Of a stretch of DNA of 64,000 nucleotides, positions 47,541 to 58,233 are shown piece by piece; positions within the stretch are counted from its first letter, which is position 1; the number at the start of each line of letters is the position of its first letter. Position numbers and translations under genes: made by a program. Source of the stretch: Azolla caroliniana (Eukaryota > Plantae > Polypodiophyta); NCBI GenBank assembly GCA_043228905.1, contig JBHGNT010000016.1, positions 11,656,001-11,720,000 of the forward strand, given 5' to 3'. Below the pieces are notes generated by a model. It ran no database searches and was not told where the DNA came from. It saw only the letters and a program-made list of their open reading frames with translations.

Positions 47541-50141
47541 CCGGAGGACGACGGGTCGGATACCGTGCCGACTCCAGAACCGGAACCGCTCGACGAGGGC
47601 TATCCGGAACCGCAAACGGAAGCCGTCAACCCACCAACACCGGAAGTGGAAGAAGCAAAGCCACCGACACCAACGAAAGAGCTGGCAAAGGTACCGGAAG
47701 AAGAGCCGGCGAAGGAACCGGAAGAGGAACCGGAAAAAGCACCGGCAAAACAACCGGAAGTGGAACCGGAGAGAAAACCGGCAAGATATCAACAAACGCC
47801 ACTAAACCGCGGCCTAATACTGGACGACGACATGCCGTTCCAATACTCAAAGTATCGCGATGATCCGGACGCGGAAGCGCATGTTCATGCCTTCGAGCAG
47901 ACATGGGAAGCAAATCACACGTCCCAGCGAATGACACCGGAGGAAGAAGAACGCTCGAAGATAGCGGAATTCGGGGTCACGTTGGAAGGACCAGCGACAC
48001 GATGGCGGCGGACGCAGGACCCGGCGACCATCACAACCTTTGCAGAATTAAAAGCAAAATTCTTGCATTTTTTCCACAAGGAGGTCGACCAGACGACAAT
48101 GGTGGGCCTGTTTTATACGATCCGACAAGAGGCAGGGGATAGCATTCCCCAATTCGTCATCCGTTTCCAACGAATGCATAGCCAGCTTGCCCGTGCACCC
48201 CCGAAGGAGGAATTACGAACGATATTTTTAAACGCACTCCGGGAACCGTTACGCACGGTGTGTACGGTGATCGACTTTCGAGGAAGCACCATTGACCAGG
48301 TCATTGACCGGGTCAGAGAAATGGAAAAGTCAAGCTCATGGCTTACACTGGGAGCACTGCAACGGGCGTTACCCACAGATGAAGATCTCCGGTTCCGGCA
48401 GGCAATTCAATGCACAATCTGCTTAAATGCCGGACACTCGGCAGTGGAGTGCACCATGCGAACCCAGTGTGTGATTTGTCAATCCAAGAATCATACAACG
48501 GACCGGTGCGAGTATAACCTGTTAAACCAACAAGCACCACCCGTCCGACGGATCGAGCCAAGAAGCAACCGAGACGAAGATGACGATCGTTGGCAAAGAA
48601 TGAACCGGTACCGACCGGCACAGGATGTTCGGTACAGAGACAGACAAGAGAATGATGGCCGGTACGGGAATCGGCATGATAACTACGACCGGTATGAGCG
48701 ATCGGACCGTTATCGGGAGTCCAACAGACGACACGAGCAATACGACAGAGACCATTCCCCTGGTTACCGAAGGCACCAGGAGGACTACGGCCGATTTTAC
48801 GATCCACCACGACCGGACTACCGAAATAAAAATAAGAATAATAAGAAACGTAATTTCAAGAAAGGTGGTCACACTAGGGACCCGGAACATGGAACCCCAA
48901 GGAGCCAACCGGCACAGAACGCACCACTCACTACGGGACCGACTCCGGATACCAGCAATGCTGAATCCAGCAATACCCGTAAAGAGTACTGCTATTACTG
49001 CAGGCAGGAAGGCCACTACAGTAACCAGTGCCCGGCAAAGAGCTACGATAAACGACCAGCAGTTAATATGGTGGTTCCGGAAGTGGCGGATTTACAGCAA
49101 GTAACCACACGGTCGAAAGGCATGGCCAAAGAGTGGGAAACACAAGAGGCCATACGAAAATAGGCGACGGAATGGGTGAAGGAAGCCAATGAAAGGAACG
49201 TCGCGGACGCGGAACGGCAAAAGGCGAATACCGTAGGGAGTGCCGGCGGTAGCCACGCAGAAAACGAGACATGGCAAGCACTGCAAGAATGTCAGATCAC
49301 GTTGCCATTAGGAAGACTCTTGCAGCTCGTGCCACGATTTACGGAAGGACTAAAAACGGTCATAACAGACGGTATAGCCCCACCGGCACCAGTCCTCTTC
49401 TCGAATCCGGAGGAGGGACCGACGGTGGTGGACACTAGTAGTCCGGTGATTACAGCTATCGTCAAAGGGCACGAACTTCCCGGCACAGTAATCGATGGAG
49501 GTTCCGGGGTGAACGTAATAAGCCTCCGCACGTGTGATGCCTTGGGTATACATGAATGGGAGCCATGTCCGTTCTGGCTACGGATGGCGGATACGAGCTC
49601 TGTACGGCTGACAGGCTTAATACGGAAATTGGAAGTCACCATAGGAGGTCACACATTTCACATCTCGGCTGTCGTGCTGCAGCTACAGGCGCAAGGCGCA
49701 TACCCACTGTTGCTGGGCAGACCATGGTTGAAAACAGCACACATCAAGCAAAATTGGCGGAAAAATATGATTACCTTCCGGCGCGGAAAAGCCAAGGTCC
49801 GGGTACCGACACAACCACGGACGAGCAACGGTAAGGAATGCACACCGCTGTATGCGGAATGCGTGAACATGCTCGAAGGGTTGGCAAACGACGAAGAAGC
49901 CCAGTACTTGGAGGAACACCCGAAGATCGTACCACTCTTCGAGATTGACGTAGCTGAAGCCGTAGCGCCATACTTGCCGCAGCGAGACGACACCGAAGCC
50001 GAACCAGACAAAGATTCGATTCGGGAATTACGGCAAGCACAGGAAGCGTTGGAACGGGAAATGGCCGTGTCCCAACGGGTAAAAACATCCCAGCTCGACG
50101 AAGTGAACCTAGGAAGCAAGGACGAATCAAAGCCGGTAACA
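47541..50141 (+). pseudogene. Element G gag-protease, inverted relative to pol, 5' truncated, stop at 49163
   Basis: IRQEAGDSIPQFVIRF; three CCHC knuckles (CTICLNAGHSAVEC, CVICQSKNHTTDRC, CYYCRQEGHYSNQC); VIDGGSGVN; LLGRPWL. Confidence 0.92.
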
Positions 50142-53100
50142 TACGCGTGTAATTAACCAAAGCACTCTAATCGTGTAACCTACGTAAGTCGGTGTAATCG
50201 TTGAATCTTAATCCTATGCCGTAATCACCCTTTGGGGAAGTGTCTCCGTGACACCTTGTGTTAGGCCTTGTCCGGTCAGAATATAACACAGTTTTGGCGA
50301 CCACGATGGGGTCCGGGCCTTTAAATAGGTTTCCGGCCCGTAGTACAAAACGGTGCCTATCGCACCTATTCGGGATCCATCCGGATCTGGAACGGCATAC
50401 CGTTTCCAGTCCGTCCGTCCACACTATGCTTATTTACAACCATACTTAATTAATTCCTTCACTCCGTATTTTGGACTCCTTGCCGGCCGGTAACAGTCGC
50501 AAGTTCGGCTTCGTTCCGAAGTATAGCTCGTGTGCCGACACTTTGTCTCCGATCCGGTTCTGAATGTATACCGCGGTTCGTACCACCTCGGCCCAATAGA
50601 ACTTGGGTAAGCTCTTTTCTTCCAGCATTGCCCGTGCCGCTTCCACAACCGATCGATTTTTCCTCTCGCCCACGCCGTTTTGCTCCGGCGTGTATCTACA
50701 ACTGAACTCGTGCCGAATTCCCATCTATTGTAGATAACCGTTGAATTGACTGGAAAAGTATTCTTTTCCGCCATCTGACCGCAGGCACTTGATCTTTCTT
50801 CCTATTTCTGTTTCCACGAACCCTTTGAGGTCCCAGAAATAGTCGAAGACTTCGCTCTTCCTCTCAATGAGGTAGATCCACATGTGCCGCGTGTAGTCGT
50901 CGATGAAGGAGACGAAATATCGGCTCCCGCCAAGACTAACGTTTTGTGTCGGCCCCCACACATCGGAGTGTATCAAGTCGAGCTTATTCCGGCTCTGGTT
51001 ACGCTTGTTGGGGAAGGGAAGTCGATGTTGCTTCCCAAGCTGGCAGGCTTCACAAATTTGTGTCTTCCGGCCACTAAATTTGGGCAATCCGAATACCACC
51101 TGTTTCAATTGCAGGTCTTGAAGCCGTTGGTAGTTGACATAGCCTATCCGCTTGTGCCATAAGTCGATGTCCGACTCGAATTTTTGTCCCTTCGCAAACA
51201 TTGCGATGCCACCGTCAGTAGAATCGAGGATGAACATCCTCCCATCTTTGCGCCCTTGCACAATAACATGGCCTTCTTCCTCAATGAAGCACCCAAGGTG
51301 TGTAAACCGAACCTACATCCCCTGGTCGACGATCTGCCCGACCGACACCAGATTCTTCGTGATTGTCGGGACCTTTAACACGTTCATAAGTTTCCCTTTC
51401 TGCCCGACATGGCTCAAGGGAACTTCACCGACATTCACAATCGGACGCGGAGTGTCGTCTTCGGTTGTGACTACTCTTGGTTCCGTCGGTTTCTCAAGGT
51501 ATGAGAACCACTCCTCGTGGCATGTCATGTGGTTTGACGTGCCTAAGTCGACGTACCACACCTCCTCTGACTTCGGGGTGATCTTATTCATTGAGTTTGC
51601 TTCGTGTTTCGTCACGAAGACTGACCCTTTTCCGGCTTCTCCGGATCCTTCGGCATAGTGCGATCATTGCCGATTTCCTTTGACGGTCTATCCGGAACTT
51701 GTTCCGAACCCGGTTCTCTCCGAATTAGCGCGTTTTTTCCAACACTCGCTCTCCCTGTGGCCTTTCTTGCCACAGTACCAGCATTCCGCAGCGGATTTCC
51801 CTTGCCGGTTCTTGTCGCCTCGACTCCCTCTGTTTCCGGAGGGTTCGGAATTGCTTTCGGCATCACTGTGGTGCCTTCTTCCTTGATTCCGTCGGCCGCC
51901 TCCATTGCGTACCGACTCACCTCGTCCGCCACGACCACTGGGACCTCTCTCCCTCCGTGTATAACATCTTGTTGTTGGCATGCGTGCTTGTCGACGCACC
52001 TGCGTGGTTCCCTCTATAAGGAGCATCGACTGTAAGTTGAAAAACGATGACGTATTCTCCCGTGTACACACAGCAATTCGGAACGCTCCGAACTTTGACG
52101 CCAAACCCCCGAGACAGACCTGGACCATCTCGCTTTCCTCGATGTTCACATCGATGGAAGCTAAGGAGTCGCATATGTCCTTGATCATCGAGGTATAGTC
52201 AGCCACCGACAAATCGCGTTGTCGTAGGTTGCTCAACTCCTGTCGAAGCTGAAGCTTCTTGGCTGTGGTGCTCACAGCGAAGATCTTCTTCAGATTTTCC
52301 CACGCACCCTTCGACGTTTTTGCATCACGAACGTAGCTTAATAGTTGTTCGCCCACACAAGACGCGAAACAGTACAACACTTTGCTCGCCGATTGTTCCC
52401 ACGCCGGGAAGTCTTTGTGTGTCGAATCGGGTGCTGTGTCATTTGCTCCATCGACATAGCTCTAGTAACCGTGTCCGAGCAGGTACTGGTGCATCTTGTA
52501 GGACCAAGATGCGTAGTTCGTTTTGTCAAGCTTCTCTGTCGGAAGCGAGCTAGCCATTCCTCTTTCCATCGGTTTTCTTGTTCTTCTTCGTTGGTTTTTC
52601 CTTCAAGCAAAGTCGACTGCAAAGGTTCTCAACCCTCGCACTCTGATACCATGAAAAGAATGGCGTGCGGAAGCAATATAGGAAACCGAACAACAGAAAA
52701 CGCAGGTTTAATGGAAAGCTTAGGTTTGCACAGTACGCACGGGAGAGACAAAGAGAGAGTAAAAACAAGAACTTAATTCAAGAATAATACTCGATTTGTA
52801 CATAGGACGTGCTCAGTGAGCACTTTTATACAAGCCCTGATAATCGGGCTGACACAAGTACTGACAGTACTTGACTGCTCATAAGTGAGCATCGACACTC
52901 ACTCCCAAAATTATTCCTTTACGAGGAATATCTCTCTAACGACCTTTCAGTTTACACACCAATACGGCCTCTCGTTACACATCGGTTTGCGTACCGGTTT
53001 ACGCATCCGTTTTACGCACCGGTCCGGCCTAACCGATCAATCCCAACCGATCCGGTCCTCGGCTTGCTCAGCCGATTCGGCTGATGTTGAGCTTGTCTCT

Positions 53101-55637
53101 CAACATATTTGATCCTATATGTCGACGACATGTTGATTGCAGGAAGCAATCAAGCAGAGGTTAGTAATCTGAAGCAAAGCCTTCACACAAAGTTCGCGAT
53201 GAAGGAACTCGTACAAGCCTGACACATACTAGGCATGAGGATAGAGCAAAATCAGACGACCAAAACTCTCCGACTCTCCCAGTTCGAATACATCTGCAAG
53301 GTGCTGAAGCGCTTCAACATGGAGAATGCGAAGCTAACACCAACACCACTTCCGACGTTGATTGGACTATCAGACAAAGACTCTCCTTCGACGAACAAGG
53401 AGAGAGAGCTTAATGGAAAGATACCCTACGCATCGGTAGTAGGAAGTATCATGTACGCAATGGTGGCGACCCGACCCGACCTAGCCTATGTCGTAGGGGT
53501 GGTCAACCGGTATATGTCAAACCCAAGAAAGAAGCATTGGGAGGCCGTCAAGCACATCCTTAGGTATCTAAAGGAACCTTGGATGCACACCTAACTTTCG
53601 GACCGACGACCTCAACCGAAGTCGAAGGCTACACCGATCCGACTATGCCAGAAATGCAGATAATCGGAAATCGACATCAGGCTACATCTTCACCTATGGT
53701 GGTAGGGCGATATCATGAAGGTTGAAACTTCAAGAGTGCACGACTCTGTCTACCACAGAAACCGAGTACATAGCAGCATCGGAAGCAACGAAGGACGCGA
53801 TCTGGCTGCACCGAATGACTGCCGATTTCGGAACTGCAAACCGAAACGACCGACCAGTACCGACCATCTATTGCAACTTAGAGTGCAATACACCTCATCA
53901 ACAATCCCGTCTATCATGTGAAGACGAAGCACATTGAGGTGCGGTATCATCATATCTGGGAGCTCATAAATGAAAAGAAACTCAAAGTCCAGAAGATTGA
54001 CACCGAGGTGAACATTGTTGATTGCCTAATGAAGCCACTCCCAGATCTACGCTTCGGCACACTAAGGACGAAAATGGGGCTACGACAAGTGACTGAGCAA
54101 AAGAAAGCTGAACGAGGAGCAGAAGGTAAGATCTAATCGGAACAATAACCTACCGACTCAGCTGCATGCCGACCGACTTGTAACATATAAACTTAGACCA
54201 ATTTTGTAATCTAGGCTTACGGGGGAGATAACTCCAAATACTTGTACATGCAAGAAAGAGTAGTCCTTTTACTGGGGATTTTGTTGGCATAAAAGGTCGA
54301 CTTCTTCCAAGTTGTATCGGTCTAAGTGTGAACTCATCAATAAGTTAGGGCTTAGTATATACGTGAATACCTAACATTGTATAGAATGATGAGTGACAAA
54401 GTGACAAAGTGTTTGTGCATTGTATCTCAGAGAGAGAGTGACAATGAAGCAATAAAGCTTTCCATTAGAGCTTGCACTGTGTAAGTCCACACCTATTCTA
54501 TTTTCTATCTGCGTTGTTTGCTGTTCAGAATTGACACTGTATCCACACACGTTTTCGCGAAGTGCACTCGTTACCGACACTAAGAGGGTACTTCGGAACG
54601 TTTGTGGGACGATGGATTTAGCCATTATGTACAAGTCAGATACGATCATTCGGCTCGAAGGGTACATGGATGCAGACTGGGTTGGTTATAAGGCTAATAT
54701 ATGATCAACGCCAAGTTTCGTCTTCTCCCTCCGCAAGAGAGCGAACTCCTAGAGTAGCAAAAAGTAGTCGACAATCGCACTGTCGAGCACAATAGCCAAA
54801 TACAAGGGCACGACAGTCACCACATGCAAGGTCGTTTGGCTGAAGCGCATATTGAAGGATCTGGGCGCTCCCATCAAGGATCTGATTCTCCTATATTGCG
54901 GCAACATGAGCAATATCTACATGGCTTAGAACCCCGTGTTCCACGCGCAGACTAAGCATACGAAAGTTCACTACCACTTCATTCGGGAGTGCGTTCAGGC
55001 TAGAGATATTGATTTACAACACATCAACACGAATCTTCAGGTGGCCGACATCTTCACAAAAGCCCTGGGTATCGACAAGCTGCGACAATTCACGTCTATA
55101 TCTCAATAACTGATCAACCGCACTTGAGGGGGAGTACGGTAGTCGTAGCCGATCAGCCGAATAGAGGAGTCGAAGTACAATGATAATCAAGCCAAACAAG
55201 GAGCACAAATCAATTGCATAGTTGAAACCAATTTTGACTGACCATTTGTGCAACAGAACCGGACAACCAAGTCAACTCGAAAGCCGAAGCCGATTTGGCC
55301 GGATTGAATGTTTTTGAAGATTGAACCGAACCAACTTTTCAGCATCCAGAAGTTGTGTTCGAAGGGGCGTGTTGAGAATCGAACTCAACTTCCCATATAG
55401 ATAGTGTTCACACTAGTCAATGGATATCATACTAGGCTAGTTTTGTAATTAGTAGAAAGGGCACTTGCCCTAGACCAGATGGTATTTAAACCAACTCTTT
55501 GTAACTTAGTTATTGTTGGATGTAGTTCATTCTCTTACGCAAATATACAACTTCTTGTTTAAGCTCTCTCCCTCTCTCTCTATCTTGCCTTACGTGCACT
55601 CACACACACACACATAGCTCTCTTTCGTTGCACAACA

Positions 55638-56810
55638 TCACCTACATCTCTCATTCTTCACAAGATGCAACACTGAGCGAGGATACCAACAAGAGAGGAG
55701 ACGATCGAGGGACAAACAAACCCGAAGATAGACCAAGGATCCAACGAGGAGCACAGGAATGAGCACGTAGAGGGAACACACGATCGACTAGAGGCCAAGA
55801 GTTGGAATTGGACATGAGTTGAAATGAACGAGTCGATTCAAACACAAGCCGATCCGAACCATATGATCCAACCGACCCATTCCAACCAACCCGAGCAACA
55901 TATGATCCGGATGACTTGCCGAATTAGGCTAGATTCCGACTATACCTCTGCCAATTCCGTCGAATGTTGACAGACTTGTATGCATACACTTGTAAACTAT
56001 AGATTAGACTTGTAATCTAGGGTCATGGGGGAGATAACCCCACTTACTTGTATACATAGGAAGAGTATCCCTTTTATGGGGGAGCTTGTTGGCATAAAAT
56101 GTTAGAGTTAGCTACTAATGTAAGCAAACGAGATAAGGATAATATAGATAAATAGATAAGAAAGGAGAGAGAGAGAAAGAAGGGTGTCGATCCACCCGAC
56201 CAGCCCCAAGCGAAGGGATCGAGACGGACTCGAGCCTCGATCGGCATCCCATACCACCATCGTGGCGTCGAGTCGTACCTGGTACTGGCGCGCTTGGTAC
56301 AAGAGTTGATTGATCACAAGGTTAGAGTCTTGACATAGTCAAGAGATATCAAATGAGGGTAGCTAGGCCCCATATTTATAACTAGACCTAAAGCCCCCAT
56401 GCAAGTTCACACTTGGCCTAATGGGTTGTCCCAATCCCAAGGATTAAACGTAATCCTTCCCTTATTTACCCTCTCGTTTAACCCACAGACTTTAGCCACA
56501 TGTATAGAAAGAATACTACGGTAAAACTTACCACGAGATATTATATGGTCATGCCTGTAACATAAAAGGTCGACTCCTTCCAAATTGTATCTTCAAGTGT
56601 GAACACGTTACCAAGTTAGGGCGTGAGTATATAAGCTCAACTGTAACATTGTAAACAAAGAGAGAGTTTTATAGAAGAGAAATATAGTTTCCATTAGAGC
56701 TTCAACTGTGTATCTTGTTTCTTACCTACCATCTTCTTCTCTATTTCATCTATGTTGTTTTCTTGACACCGATGGACAGGTCCTCAACATATTCTTCTGC
56801 GGCACCAACA
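55638..56810 (+). mobile_element. 3' end of old copia element H (C-related): 3' UTR, PPT, LTR 56087-56810 interrupted by a solo LTR
   Basis: 56000-56099 matches 54200-54294 of C (TGTAATCTAGG...GGGGGAGATAAC...TGTTGGCATAAAA). The LTR resumes GGTCGACTCCTTCCAA at 56568 and ends CCAACA. Confidence 0.78.
56100..56562. mobile_element. Solo LTR (463 bp)
   Basis: TGTTA...TAACA with TSD TAAAA (56095-56099 and 56563-56567). Homologous to 63654-64000. Confidence 0.9.
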
Positions 56811-56849
56811 TCCTCACTTATCTACAACATGTCTGAGAACCAACATTGA

Positions 56850-57440
56850 TAGGGGAAGTATGTAATACTCCAATTTTAACATTTTAGCATTTTGCCACTT
56901 CATCATTGTTGCCTCTAATTATCTATCGTCGATGATCACATACTTCAAAGCATCACATGAGAGCTCCAATAGATATTTTACACCGCATCATTTTAACCAT
57001 TTTATAATGTCAATAACCTAGCCAACTAAATTTTAATTTTTTGGTACCTTGCATTTGATATTCCAACCATGTTTTGAAAATCCATGGTCGGGCTTATTCT
57101 TCACCTTTGTGATATACGTGTATGCTCTTTGCATGGTTAACAACTTTCAAGGATGAACACCTATTACAAGATAGGATGATGATGATTTAACTCCCAATTT
57201 TCTACGTAAGAACAAAATTCGAAATTCCTTTATTCCATTTGATGCTCTAAGTGAGAGATAGTGCCACCCTATACTTCCAACCATAAAGAAACGCTTGGAC
57301 CACCATAGCATTGAATAACATCTTGGAAGTATCACTCTCATTGAAATGAGTCTCAAATGTATATCATGTTTGAAGTCGAGACTCATTGCATACATTCCAC
57401 CTATTTGCCGATAGAACATTAATGCCAAGGTATATTTATT
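56850..57440 (-). pseudogene. Highly decayed non-LTR retrotransposon (LINE) fragment, RT C-terminal region
   Basis: Across frameshifts it reads KMLFNAMVVQAFLYG...ILFLRRKLGVKSSSSY...MQRAYTYITKVKN, resembling the LINE thumb motif LF..LV.P.LLYG.EVWG...FLRR.LGV. Confidence 0.55.
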
Positions 57441-57468
57441 ACACACATATCACCACCACCACCACCCA

Positions 57469-57531
57469 AGAAGAAGAAGAAGAAGAAGAAGAAGAAGAAG
57501 AAGAGGAGGAGGAGGAGGGAGAAGAAGAAGA
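57469..57531. repeat. (GAA)n/(GAG)n microsatellite upstream of the gene
   Basis: Direct reading. (CT)n near 57664-57687 and (TG)n near 57729-57753 follow. Confidence 0.95.
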
Positions 57532-57651
57532 ATGATGAAGAATTGAATGAATATGATTTAGGAAGAAAGAAAGAATGAATATGGGCGGAAAATGTAAAGG
57601 AAACGATTTTAAGTAAGTAAGTAAGTAATTAATTGATTGATTTATTATTAT

Positions 57652-57775
57652 TAGCCCAAATCGTCTCTCTCTCTCTCTCTCTCTCTCGCCTTTTCGATTT
57701 GTGTTTTTGGTTTTGGTCTGTTTTCTTTTGTGTGTGTGTGTGTGTGTGTGTGTTTTCCCTGCGCCGAAACCCTAA
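57652..57775. promoter_or_regulatory. Site II element (AGCCCA 57653-57658) and telo-box (AAACCCTAA 57767-57775)
   Basis: Exact motifs 160-280 bp upstream of the ATG. This pair is typical of plant ribosome-biogenesis and cell-cycle genes. The motifs are short and could be chance. Confidence 0.5.
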
Positions 57776-57934
57776 TTCCAACAGCAAACAGGAGATGTCG
57801 AAATCCCGCCATTCTTCTTCCGTCCAAACGTAGGTAGGGCTTCCCTCTCCAGCCTTCGCAAAAGCAGGACCAGACGGAGAAGACGCAGGCAGAAGCAGAG
57901 GAAAGAAAGAAAAGAAGCGCCAGCAGAAAGAAGG

Positions 57935-58202
57935 ATGGTGGTAATCACTGATGAGCAAATCGTGCAAAGGATCGTGGAAGTTCTGCAGAGAGCTGATCTG
58001 ACTACCATAACCTTTGCTGCAATCAGGAGGCAGTTGGAAGAAGACTTCAGGATTGATCTGGCGGAGAAGAAGGCTTTCATCCGAGAGCAAGTGGACCTCT
58101 ACCTCTACCTCCAGCATCACAAAAACTATCAGCACCAGCAACAACGCCATTATCAACAGCTACAACAGCTACAACAGCTTCAACAGCAGCAGCAACAGCA
58201 GC

Positions 58203-58233
<31 letters not shown>

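Larger units (their letters stand above)
40848..50495 (-). mobile_element. Rearranged non-chromovirus Ty3/gypsy G (Athila/Tat-like, no archaeal RNase H seen) with extra 3' ORF; intact LTR 40848-41266, split LTR 50142-50288 (inverted) plus 50306-50495
   Basis: Termini TGTTA...TAACA, TSD GTCGC (40843-40847 and 50496-50500). TATA-like CTATTTAAAG on the minus strand. Host E integrase (PNLR|HLRVFG) is restored on removal. Confidence 0.92.
32178..53105 (-). mobile_element. Ty1/copia element E: 5' LTR 52652-53105, truncated 3' LTR ~32178-32446; coding pieces 50496-52557, 38805-40847, 32781-33121
   Basis: PBS complement CTCTGATACCA at 52641-52651, PPT complement CTCCCCCTCAA at 32447-32457. Motifs CWYCGKKGHRESEC, LWHKRIG, SDGGKEY, LLYVDDL, NPIFHAR|TKHIEVHYHFVRE. 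Confidence 0.93.
29622..54579 (+). mobile_element. Ty1/copia element C: LTRs 29622-29919 and 54282-54579; gag-PR-INT 30019-32170; RT end-RNase H 53106-54136
   Basis: 298-bp LTR pair, TSD CTAAG (29617-29621 and 54580-54584), PBS TAGTATCAGAGC (mutated Met-i). Motifs KFDGKNFALWK, LWHGRLGHMS, LELVHTDICGP, ILYVDDMLI, KTKHIEVRYH. Confidence 0.93.
29076..55637 (+). mobile_element. Old Ty1/copia element D: RT 29076-29621, RT end/RNase H 54580-55130, 3' LTR 55370-55637; 5' part lies left of the window
   Basis: GLKQAPRAW, ILYVDDL, TRPGLSY...CAK | RVLRNV...DADW...NPVFHAQTKH is contiguous once C is removed. PPT GAAGGGGCG at 55361-55369. LTR TGTTG...CAACA. Confidence 0.85.
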
